Positions 8,982 to 16,750 of a stretch of DNA of 43,938 bases are shown here, piece after piece (position 1 is the first letter of the stretch; every line of letters begins with the position of its first letter). Source of the stretch: Candidatus Niyogibacteria bacterium (GTDB lineage: Bacteria > Patescibacteriota > Minisyncoccia > 1-14-0-10-42-19); NCBI GenBank assembly GCA_016204155.1, contig JACQLG010000063.1, forward strand, positions 1 to 43,938, in the 5' to 3' direction. The translations under genes and the position numbers were made by a program. The notes under the pieces are model-generated. The model saw only the letters and a list, made by a program, of their open reading frames with translations, made no database searches and was not told the DNA's origin.

Positions 8982-9628
8982 TTCAACATGATGTTACTCA
9001 CGTAGGACTTGGGGGTATCGGCTCATGGGTACCTCCTTATATTGCGGCATACGGCTGCAATACGCTGTATCTTTTTGACGAAGATATTGTAAAAATACAC
9101 AATTTCTCAAACCAAAATTATAGCTACCCCGAACATCTGGGAGTCCCAAAAGTAAAGGCGATGGAAATGAAACTAGACGGCATGGCGCAATGGCATAAAT
9201 CCTTTAACCGCGACATGCAGATTATCGCAACGCAGAAAAAAGTGGATGAACATGATACATTTTCAGGGATCGTCATTGTCGCGGTAGACAGCGGAGAAGC
9301 GCGAAAAAAAATCTTTAAGGCGTGCAAGTTCAATCCAGCAGTCCACCTCTATATTGAAGCTGGGGCGGCAGAACATATCGGCAGAGTAAGCTGTCTTATT
9401 CCTCATGATAAAGACCAGGTAGCATTATACGAAAAATTCTTACGGGCAATGAAGGACGCTAGCGGGCCTCCTCCCTGCGTTTCGCGCTATATGGGTGGAC
9501 AATTCGCAAGCGTTATTGCTTATTTTATCTATCGATGTGCGGAAGAAGAATGGCGGCCGGATACGCTCTACAGAAGCGAAATAAATTATACGGAAATGCC
9601 AACCCTTGAAACCGGCCCCCTCTATTGA
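8978..9628 (+). CDS. ThiF/MoeB/E1-family Ubl-activating adenylyltransferase
   Basis: VGLGGIGS Rossmann loop, FDEDIV..HNFSNQ, GVPKV, VAVDS..AR, candidate catalytic Cys in PPPCV (codon 9476). ATGA overlap with the JAB gene; SD GGAGG. Confidence 0.9.
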   Translation: MIQHDVTHVGLGGIGSWVPPYIAAYGCNTLYLFDEDIVKIHNFSNQNYSYPEHLGVPKVKAMEMKLDGMAQWHKSFNRDMQIIATQKKVDEHDTFSGIVIVAVDSGEARKKIFKACKFNPAVHLYIEAGAAEHIGRVSCLIPHDKDQVALYEKFLRAMKDASGPPPCVSRYMGGQFASVIAYFIYRCAEEEWRPDTLYRSEINYTEMPTLETGPLY

Positions 9629-9675
9629 TATGATAAAGTAAAATACAGAGAATATGTAAACGGAGGGGCATCGCA

Positions 9676-9978
9676 ATGCAAAAGCAACGAACGAAGCAGA
9701 AGGGAGGCGGGGATGACGGGAGAAACGAGGTAGAAGTTGAGGTTGTAACAGGCACCGGCGGAAAAGCAAAGATTAAAATAAAAAAAGGCACGACTCTTTC
9801 GCAATTAATCAGGTATAAGCTCAAACACAAACTTGAAGCAAACCAGACGGTGGAACGGAACCGGCATGTGATTGAGCATAAAGATGGAGAATTGTTGGAA
9901 GATCCAGTACTTGAAGAAAATGACCTGATTATCATCCGCACAGAGATCGTCGGCGGACCGAACATCGTTCTTTCATAA
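9676..9978 (+). CDS. Ubiquitin-like beta-grasp protein with GG motif and a 6-aa C-terminal extension
   Basis: Beta-grasp pattern EVEVEVV / AKIKI / GTTLSQLI / VERNRHVI / PVLEENDLIII ending EIVGG-PNIVLS*. SD GGAGG. Confidence 0.8.
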   Translation: MQKQRTKQKGGGDDGRNEVEVEVVTGTGGKAKIKIKKGTTLSQLIRYKLKHKLEANQTVERNRHVIEHKDGELLEDPVLEENDLIIIRTEIVGGPNIVLS

Positions 9979-10002
9979 CACATCACACATATACACAAAA
10001 GG

Positions 10003-10039
10003 ACCGCATCGCGCATGCGGTTTATTTTTTTATTTTTTT
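10003..10039 (+). terminator. Intrinsic terminator ending the Ubl operon
   Basis: ACCGCAT-5nt-ATGCGGT followed by a long T tract. Confidence 0.7.
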
Positions 10040-10126
10040 ATACTTTTTTAAGAATAGACCTCCGTGTTTTTGGGTTTTTAATTTTTATCATCTGGCCACG
10101 ATCGTGAGGTAATGATAAAAACTTTC

Positions 10127-10630
10127 CTATTGATTTCCCTCCCAGATTTTCTCCCTCCAACCTGGCACTATACTATCCCACTGATCCCCTGGTCCTGCGG
10201 AACCCATCGAATTCTCCTTATCTGCAGTTTTACACTTTGGACACTCAAGAGACGGTAATGGATCTCCATTATCTTCTGCTTCATATAAATCCTTAAAATA
10301 TTTCAGCTGAAGGAATATTAGTCCGCAACGCGCGCATTCGAAATCAAAGAAAAGTTCTTCGTATCTTTTCTTTCTTTCGATTCGTGTTTCCTCCTCAGAT
10401 TCTTCTTGGAACCTCTCTACAGCAATCTCCTTGCCTCGATAAAGTGACTCAATGGAAGATTTAAAGTCTTCTTTTGTAGGCGGAGTATCGCGTTCCATAA
10501 ATACCGCCTTGTTTATTTTTTTACCATCTTCTACAAAACTAAACTCAACTTTGTAACGTTTACGGAGTTTTTTCTTTTCCATTATCTTCTCCTTTTCAAT
10601 TTGATTATCTTTCTGCTCAATCGTACTCAT
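10127..10630 (-). CDS. Hypothetical charged protein with a C-terminal zinc ribbon
   Basis: FECARCG...LECPKC; Lys/Glu-rich. Start could be the second Met. Confidence 0.6.
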   Translation of the reverse strand: MSTIEQKDNQIEKEKIMEKKKLRKRYKVEFSFVEDGKKINKAVFMERDTPPTKEDFKSSIESLYRGKEIAVERFQEESEEETRIERKKRYEELFFDFECARCGLIFLQLKYFKDLYEAEDNGDPLPSLECPKCKTADKENSMGSAGPGDQWDSIVPGWREKIWEGNQ

Positions 10631-10701
10631 AATAAAAATTATAGTAGAATGTGTAACATTATATTGTATATTTTATCGGCATTATTAACATGTCAAATAT
10701 A

Positions 10702-10774
10702 TCGGCTCGGTAGGAATTGAACCTACAACCGGTCGTGTATAAGACGACTGCTCTGCCAGTTGAGCTACGAGCCG
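10702..10774 (-). tRNA. tRNA-Ile(UAU)
   Basis: Minus strand CGGCTCG TAGCTCAACTGGCAGAGC A GTCGT-CT[TAT]AC-ACGAC CGGTT GTAGG-TTCAATT-CCTAC CGAGCCG A forms a full cloverleaf; anticodon TAT; CCA not encoded. Confidence 0.9.
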
Positions 10775-12625
10775 TTACAATCCTATCGGCTTCGGTTTTA
10801 TGCCAAATGATTTTACGATAGTATTAAATTCTTCACGTTCCAATGATTCCTGATCAATAAGTTTTTTTGCGATCGCATCAAGCACATTATTATATTTTTG
10901 AAGAATGGACTGCGCCTGTCTGAATGCCTTTTTCATGAATCCCGACACTTCCATATCTATTATGCCTGCGACTTCTTCGGAATAATCGCGCTCATGCATC
11001 CCGAATTCCTTTCCTAAAAAGACGGCGTCCTCGTGCTTTCCGAACACTACGGGACCGATCTTGTCAGACATGCCGTATCGTGCGACCATGCTTCGCGCAA
11101 TATCGGTTGCGATTCTTAAATCATTTGAAGCGCCGGTAGTTAAATCCTTAAATATCATTTTTTCAGCAACATATCCGCCAAGCGCAACCGCAAGTTCTCC
11201 CAAAAAGTGCGTTTTTGAGATAAGACGGCGATCCTCGCTTGGTAATTTAAGCGTGTAGCCGCCCGCGCGTCCGCGCGAAATAATCGTAACCTTATGCACC
11301 GGATCTGCATCGGGTAATACCGCGGCCACCAAAGCATGCCCCGCTTCATGGTATGCCGTAATTTTTTTCTCTTTTTCCGAAATGATCCTGCTTTTTCGTT
11401 CCGGTCCCAAAAGCACTTTCTCAATAGAATTTAACAGGTCCTGCTGGCTTATGGTCTGGCGATTTTGGCGCGCCGCAAAAATTGCCGCTTCATTCACAAG
11501 ATTCTGGATATCTGCTCCTGAAAATCCCGGCGTGCGTTCCGCAACCCGCCGAAGCACAACTTCGTTTTCTACGCGCTTGCCCCGCGTATGAATCTTTAAT
11601 ATCGCCTCCCGCTCCTTGATATCCGGCAAATCAAGGACAACTCTGCGGTCAAACCGCCCCGGGCGCAACAGGGCCGGATCAAGCACGTCAGGCCGGTTGG
11701 TTGCCGCCATCACGATCACAGATTCATTCGACTCAAAGCCGTCCAGTTCAACAAGTATCTGATTCAATGTCTGTTCGCGCTCGTCATGCCCTCCGCCAAG
11801 CCCTGCGCCGCGATGCCTTCCGATCGCATCGATCTCATCAATAAAAACAATTGACGGTTCTGATTTTTTTGCCATTTTAAAAAGATCTCTCACCCGAGAA
11901 GCGCCGACTCCCACGAACATTTCAACGAATTCAGACGCGGAAAGATAAAAGAACGGAACGCCCGCCTCTCCCGCAACGGCGCGCGCAAGCAATGTTTTCC
12001 CCGTACCCGGCGCGCCCATTAAAAGCACTCCTCTGGGGATCCGCGCGCCAATCGCAAGAAATTTCCCGGGATTTCGCAGAAAATCCACAATCTCATACAG
12101 CTCTTCTTTCGCTTCCTCCACTCCGGCTACATCCTTGAACATAACGCGCTGTTTTTTATCGTCAGGCAGAATAACGCGCGCGCGGGATTGGCCGAACGTG
12201 AATGCCTGCAAGTTTGAACGCTGGACATTCCGCGTCGCAAACCAGAAAAAACCGATAATCAATAAAAACGGAATCAAAAACGGCAAAAGGTTGCCGACCC
12301 AATACAAAAATCCTGACGGCTCGCGAACCTCGATCTTCATCTGGCGCAATATTTCGGCGGATGCGCCGTAGTTGGTAAGTGTTTCAAAGAGCGAAATATC
12401 GCCTTCTTTTTTTGCCTTCTGCACCGTGCCGTCAAGAAGTGTAACTGTCACATTATTTCCCTCAACGACGATCTCGGTTAGCCTGCCCGCATTAATCTCG
12501 CCTACGAGATCGGAAAGCGTTACTTCTTCAATCCCGCGGAATTCATCGGCAAAAAACGACCATACAATGACCATACCCAATAAAATCAAGATCGCGAGCG
12601 CGATATTTTTTGAGAATAACTTCAT
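10775..12625 (-). CDS. ftsH: ATP-dependent zinc metalloprotease FtsH
   Basis: Two TM segments, [42 protein letters not shown]. Confidence 0.97.
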   Translation of the reverse strand: MKLFSKNIALAILILLGMVIVWSFFADEFRGIEEVTLSDLVGEINAGRLTEIVVEGNNVTVTLLDGTVQKAKKEGDISLFETLTNYGASAEILRQMKIEVREPSGFLYWVGNLLPFLIPFLLIIGFFWFATRNVQRSNLQAFTFGQSRARVILPDDKKQRVMFKDVAGVEEAKEELYEIVDFLRNPGKFLAIGARIPRGVLLMGAPGTGKTLLARAVAGEAGVPFFYLSASEFVEMFVGVGASRVRDLFKMAKKSEPSIVFIDEIDAIGRHRGAGLGGGHDEREQTLNQILVELDGFESNESVIVMAATNRPDVLDPALLRPGRFDRRVVLDLPDIKEREAILKIHTRGKRVENEVVLRRVAERTPGFSGADIQNLVNEAAIFAARQNRQTISQQDLLNSIEKVLLGPERKSRIISEKEKKITAYHEAGHALVAAVLPDADPVHKVTIISRGRAGGYTLKLPSEDRRLISKTHFLGELAVALGGYVAEKMIFKDLTTGASNDLRIATDIARSMVARYGMSDKIGPVVFGKHEDAVFLGKEFGMHERDYSEEVAGIIDMEVSGFMKKAFRQAQSILQKYNNVLDAIAKKLIDQESLEREEFNTIVKSFGIKPKPIGL

Positions 12626-12665
12626 ACAAACATTATACGTATTCTCCTCTCATACAGTCAATCGT

Positions 12666-14312
12666 TTATGCATTATTATCATCCTCTTGAATGCCAAGCG
12701 GAAAATATGTCCGCGCGCGATATGACACGCCAAATGATGTTTTGCGCACTTCGGTAAGACGAATTTTTTTTACCGGGATCACTACGGTAAAAGGACTCAC
12801 TCGCATACTCGCCTTTTCTGCTACATCGGGATTAATGTTCGACGCGACACTTCCCACGGTAAGGTGCGGCTTAAATTCCTGATCGCGAAAAGCCATGCGG
12901 GCATCCGAGAGCGCAAAACGCACCGCCTCCTGTAATCCAGATAGAACATCTACGCCATGCATATTGTCTATCGTAAAATAAAACGCTTTTCCATTTTCAT
13001 ATCCTGCAATCGGCCCTTCAGAAAAAGATGTGTTATCCAGCCTAATATCAAATGGATCAAAGCGACGCAGAACGTTACGCACTGCCCTTATTATTTCGCG
13101 CATGTCCGCTTCCGTATGCCTGCCGAGATGAAGAAGAGGAATATGGAAATTTTCCGAACGATGCAATTTTACTCCCGGTTCTTCCACGGCAATATGCGCT
13201 GAAATTTCTTTTGCAGAATCCTGCGGAAGACGAATTTCAAGGAAATATTCATACTCTTCAACACCGGCATCATTCGTATCTTTCTCCCTCTTTGGAGAGG
13301 GCGCGCCATCTGCGTCCGAAAAAACGGCATATGGCGTTTTATATGACAATCCGAGTTTGAGAATTTTTTGAAATTGCTCATCGGAAATTTTTGTGGGCGC
13401 AACCGACTGCGGATTTGCGCCGCCGTTTTGTATGGAATTCGTTGCATGATCGTAATACCATTCAGGAATATCAGCAATACGTCCGGGACGCACCAATTCG
13501 GAAATAGGAAGGTTTAGTTTACGGCCGCTCATATCCGCTTCATGAAGCCGGATGAATGAGGCAAGCGCGCGGAGATCGATTCGTTTCGTAGGACGGGTAA
13601 GAATATTCACATGCCCTCCTGTAGACCGTTGGGCAACGACATCTATGCCGCCTCCGTCTTGCGACCGCAGGAATCCCGCCATACTTGGATTATCCGAGTG
13701 GATAAAAACAACTTTTAATTTTTTCGAGCCATCTTGCTTCACCGTAAAAGATACGAGATTGCCGGCAGAAATAATCTGTTCAAGTTCTTGCGGCAGATCA
13801 TGCGTACGCCGGTATTCTTCATTATAGTGCGCAACCAGTAGCGGAAGCACAATCTCAACTACACGGTCGGGCTTCTTCGCAAGGCTCCTATTTAAATGAT
13901 AGACAAGGCTTGAAAGCCCAAATGCGCGGTCGATAGGATCTTCGGATATCGTACCTTTGCCGAACATATCGTCTCTGCGCGCATATTCAAGCATTTTCGC
14001 AAGCGCAGGATCTGCGGAGATGCCGAGGGCTTCCGACACAAGAAATGACGCGGTCGTCTTTTTGCCATGATGATCAAAACGCCCTCCGCCCACATCAATA
14101 AAAAGATGACCTTCCTGCTCCTTCTGAAACGCATCATCCGCATCTGTGGAATTTGCAAGAAGCTTGATTGACGCGGTCTTTACTCCCGGAAATAACTCTT
14201 CACCGAATTTTTTAAGTAAAAAAATGGCAACAATCGTATCTGGCTGGGGCATTGTTGGAAGAATGATAGTATGGATTTGGCTATGTTGTTTTGGCAGAGG
14301 ATTTTCGCTCAT
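12666..14312 (-). CDS. DHH/MYG1-like N-terminal domain fused to a 2H phosphoesterase (LigT-like) domain
   Basis: N-terminal PQPDTIVAIFLL and IDVGGGRFDHH; C-terminal paired 2H motifs FHIPLLHLG and FKPHLTVG. Start set at MSENP (14312). Confidence 0.6.
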   Translation of the reverse strand: MSENPLPKQHSQIHTIILPTMPQPDTIVAIFLLKKFGEELFPGVKTASIKLLANSTDADDAFQKEQEGHLFIDVGGGRFDHHGKKTTASFLVSEALGISADPALAKMLEYARRDDMFGKGTISEDPIDRAFGLSSLVYHLNRSLAKKPDRVVEIVLPLLVAHYNEEYRRTHDLPQELEQIISAGNLVSFTVKQDGSKKLKVVFIHSDNPSMAGFLRSQDGGGIDVVAQRSTGGHVNILTRPTKRIDLRALASFIRLHEADMSGRKLNLPISELVRPGRIADIPEWYYDHATNSIQNGGANPQSVAPTKISDEQFQKILKLGLSYKTPYAVFSDADGAPSPKREKDTNDAGVEEYEYFLEIRLPQDSAKEISAHIAVEEPGVKLHRSENFHIPLLHLGRHTEADMREIIRAVRNVLRRFDPFDIRLDNTSFSEGPIAGYENGKAFYFTIDNMHGVDVLSGLQEAVRFALSDARMAFRDQEFKPHLTVGSVASNINPDVAEKASMRVSPFTVVIPVKKIRLTEVRKTSFGVSYRARTYFPLGIQEDDNNA

Positions 14313-14389
14313 ACTTGACTTTAACACATAAATCAATTATAATACACAATAAACATAAAGTCAATGCCATACAAAGGAGGAAAATCATA

Positions 14390-15550
14390 ATGAAAGGGCA
14401 GAAAAAGCTCTTTGAAAATCTAAGATTATCAAGCGCATACAATAACGGCGGAGCCGCAAAGGAAACAAAAAAAAGGGCGATTGTGAAGATGCTTGTTAAA
14501 AAACAAGCAGAGCTTGAAAAGCTCTGCAAATCATATCAGGGTGAAAACCCGATCGGTTTTATTATTGAATCCGCGGCGCGACTCTCGCCTTCCATTCCTA
14601 AAAACACGCCTGAAGCAGAAAAGATAGAAAGGGTTATTTTGAAAGAACTCCATCTTGCGGGAGAAAAAAACGCGGATTGTATTTGGATAAAAATCCGCGG
14701 CGCATACGCAACAATATGGGGAGTAAGTGAGATCAAAGCATCATACGAAGCGTTTTCAGGAAAAAGAATCCAAATCAAGAAAACTATCGAAAAAATTCCT
14801 GATATCGTATACAGGATCAACACGCAGCCAAATGCATTTCAAATACCGTATACGCTCAAAATAAAGGATCCGCTAATAACATCTCTCATCGTACCGTTTG
14901 ATGAAAAAAAATGGTTTACGATAAAATCATCAGAGGCACAGCTGCTGGATGATTATCACATCCAGAAAATAGTGGAGATTGAGTTTACAAACCGAGAACT
15001 CATCTTCATTGCCAAAAAACTATTCCGGGATTACGATCCCCTGCCGCATATCCGCTTCTATGAAAGCGATCAGGGGGTTTATGAGGAAATCATGAATCGC
15101 GTCATCACAAAAGCTGCTGCCGCGGTAACTTTGTTCTACACGCAGGCAGGAATTCTCTCACCAACACACAAAAAATATGCAAAAGAAATAGGTCTCTTCG
15201 TCCTCTTATACGGGAGAATACCTCTTTCAAAAAATGAAGTTCGCGCCGTACGAAAAATCATGAAACCCTTGTCCAAGGATGAACTTCTCTACCCGCGGAC
15301 AGACGAGAGATTCATTGCTGCAACATTGGAGAATAATACACATCTGCAGAATGTCGTGTCGTTTTTTTATGAAACGATGCAGCGCGACAACCTCAATAAT
15401 AAGCAGGAAAACGGTGTTAAAAAAATGCTTGAAAGGTTTTGTGCGGGGCTTTTTAGCGCAATAGAGCATAGCCGCCGTAAAGGAAAATCAGAAGTCAATA
15501 TTCGTATGACTCCGATGAACATAGTCACCTTTGGTGCCTACATTTCGTAA
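14390..15550 (+). CDS. Hypothetical protein, possible PD-(D/E)xK nuclease
   Basis: SD AAGGAGG before ATG 14390. GFIIE...NADCIWIK...GVSEIKAS matches the E..(P)D..ExK layout. Confidence 0.5.
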   Translation: MKGQKKLFENLRLSSAYNNGGAAKETKKRAIVKMLVKKQAELEKLCKSYQGENPIGFIIESAARLSPSIPKNTPEAEKIERVILKELHLAGEKNADCIWIKIRGAYATIWGVSEIKASYEAFSGKRIQIKKTIEKIPDIVYRINTQPNAFQIPYTLKIKDPLITSLIVPFDEKKWFTIKSSEAQLLDDYHIQKIVEIEFTNRELIFIAKKLFRDYDPLPHIRFYESDQGVYEEIMNRVITKAAAAVTLFYTQAGILSPTHKKYAKEIGLFVLLYGRIPLSKNEVRAVRKIMKPLSKDELLYPRTDERFIAATLENNTHLQNVVSFFYETMQRDNLNNKQENGVKKMLERFCAGLFSAIEHSRRKGKSEVNIRMTPMNIVTFGAYIS

Positions 15551-15578
15551 TTACATTATATGTTATATGCGCAAAATC

Positions 15579-15630
15579 AAAACCCTGGCAGAAAATTATA
15601 TCTAAGATATAATTTTCTGACCAGGGTTTT
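15579..15630. terminator. Long palindrome; probable bidirectional terminator
   Basis: AAAACCCTGG-CAGAAAATTATATCT-A-AGATATAATTTTCTG-A-CCAGGGTTTT between convergent genes. Confidence 0.7.
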
Positions 15631-15649
15631 TGCGTTCTAGAGAAAAACT

Positions 15650-16624
15650 TTACATCGAAAACTTTTTTAGAACATCTTTAATAATACCAAAGATGTCCTG
15701 ATCCGACCTTTCGGTCGGGATGGCGTCGGAACTTTCCGTACCGTTTGCTACAATATAACGGTCCGGAATAACTTTCCAGCGTTCTTCTTCGCCCGCCTGT
15801 AATTTCTGCAGAATCGGCGCAATAACACTTCTTGGAGAGGAGAACTTCTTATCAAAAAATATTATTGCGTTTTTTGTTTTGGCGTCACGAATAGCCAAAA
15901 CATCGTACTTCTTCTGATTCACGTCGGCGACAAACTTATTGTCGGTTACAAAATACCCGATATGAAACTCACTCCCAACAGAAATGTACGCCGGGGCAAC
16001 ATGTAGTGCCTTCTCTTGCTCTTGCTCCGCTCTTTTGTGAAGGCTGTAAAACCATTCTATCCTTGACCTGACATTCTCCGAACCAACGCCTTCGCTCACC
16101 AAATCACGCAAGTAGCGCGATAAACTAAACGGCTGGAAAGAGGATTTAATCACAGAAAGGATGTCACTGAATGCTTCGACGTTTGGCACTTCCTTTTTGT
16201 CAAGGATATTATTACGGAATGCCCGTACGACATCTGCCGCGCGAACCACTACCTCTGCCGGGTCATACCCCAGCCTGTACGCTTGTCGGCATAACCATGT
16301 TATAGAATATGGATACGACCGTAAATGGCCATCTTTATCGTTCTTCTCAAAAATAGCCATAATCCGCTTATCGGCATCAAGAGTTAGCTCTTGTCCGAAA
16401 TGATTGAATACTGCCCTCAATGCTCCTGTTCCGCGAAGAAGAGGAAATTTCCCTTCCTCAACGCATTGAGACACATTAACTGGCTGATCAGAAAATTCAA
16501 TCGCGAGTTCGCCGATCTCTTTTTCTAAAAAAAGAGAAAGGTAGAAATATGCCGCTATACCATGAAGTACTGGGCGCCTACCGCCGAAAGGACCTGTAAA
16601 AATCACTCCTGTAAAATCTTTCAT
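15650..16624 (-). CDS. Hypothetical protein; degenerate paralog of the DHH/MYG1-like domain of 12666-14312
   Basis: Collinear similarity by eye, e.g. WKVIPDRYIVANGTESSDAIPTERSDQDIFGIIK vs WYYDHATNSIQNGGANPQSVAPTKISDEQFQKILK. No DHH motif. SD AAGGAGG. Confidence 0.6.
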   Translation of the reverse strand: MKDFTGVIFTGPFGGRRPVLHGIAAYFYLSLFLEKEIGELAIEFSDQPVNVSQCVEEGKFPLLRGTGALRAVFNHFGQELTLDADKRIMAIFEKNDKDGHLRSYPYSITWLCRQAYRLGYDPAEVVVRAADVVRAFRNNILDKKEVPNVEAFSDILSVIKSSFQPFSLSRYLRDLVSEGVGSENVRSRIEWFYSLHKRAEQEQEKALHVAPAYISVGSEFHIGYFVTDNKFVADVNQKKYDVLAIRDAKTKNAIIFFDKKFSSPRSVIAPILQKLQAGEEERWKVIPDRYIVANGTESSDAIPTERSDQDIFGIIKDVLKKFSM

Positions 16625-16686
16625 TTGAAACCTCCTTCTTCTTTATTCTTTTGTGAATTTCGAAATGTATTATAGCATATCTGAAT

Positions 16687-16739
16687 AAAAAAAGCAAGCC
16701 CTTGAGAAAGAGGTAAGAACCTACTTCTACAAGGGCTTG
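16687..16739 (-). terminator. Intrinsic terminator
   Basis: CAAGCCCTTG...CAAGGGCTTG stem; the A tract on + gives a U tract on the minus strand. Confidence 0.55.
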
Positions 16740-16750
16740 TAGTGCTTTAC

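Noticed and set aside
8978..9978. ThiF/ThiS or MoeB/MoaD sulfur-carrier pair for cofactor synthesis
   Set aside because: No thiG/moaE/cysM/rhodanese genes are nearby and an E2-like gene is in the operon, so conjugation fits better. Not formally excluded.
4109..9978. CBASS (Cap2/Cap3) or Pycsar locus
   Set aside because: No nucleotidyltransferase/cyclase or effector is recognisable, E1 and E2 are separate genes, and a free Ubl is present.
1164..10701. Prophage or integrative element
   Set aside because: No integrase, structural or conjugation genes, and no duplicated tRNA 3' end seen in the window.
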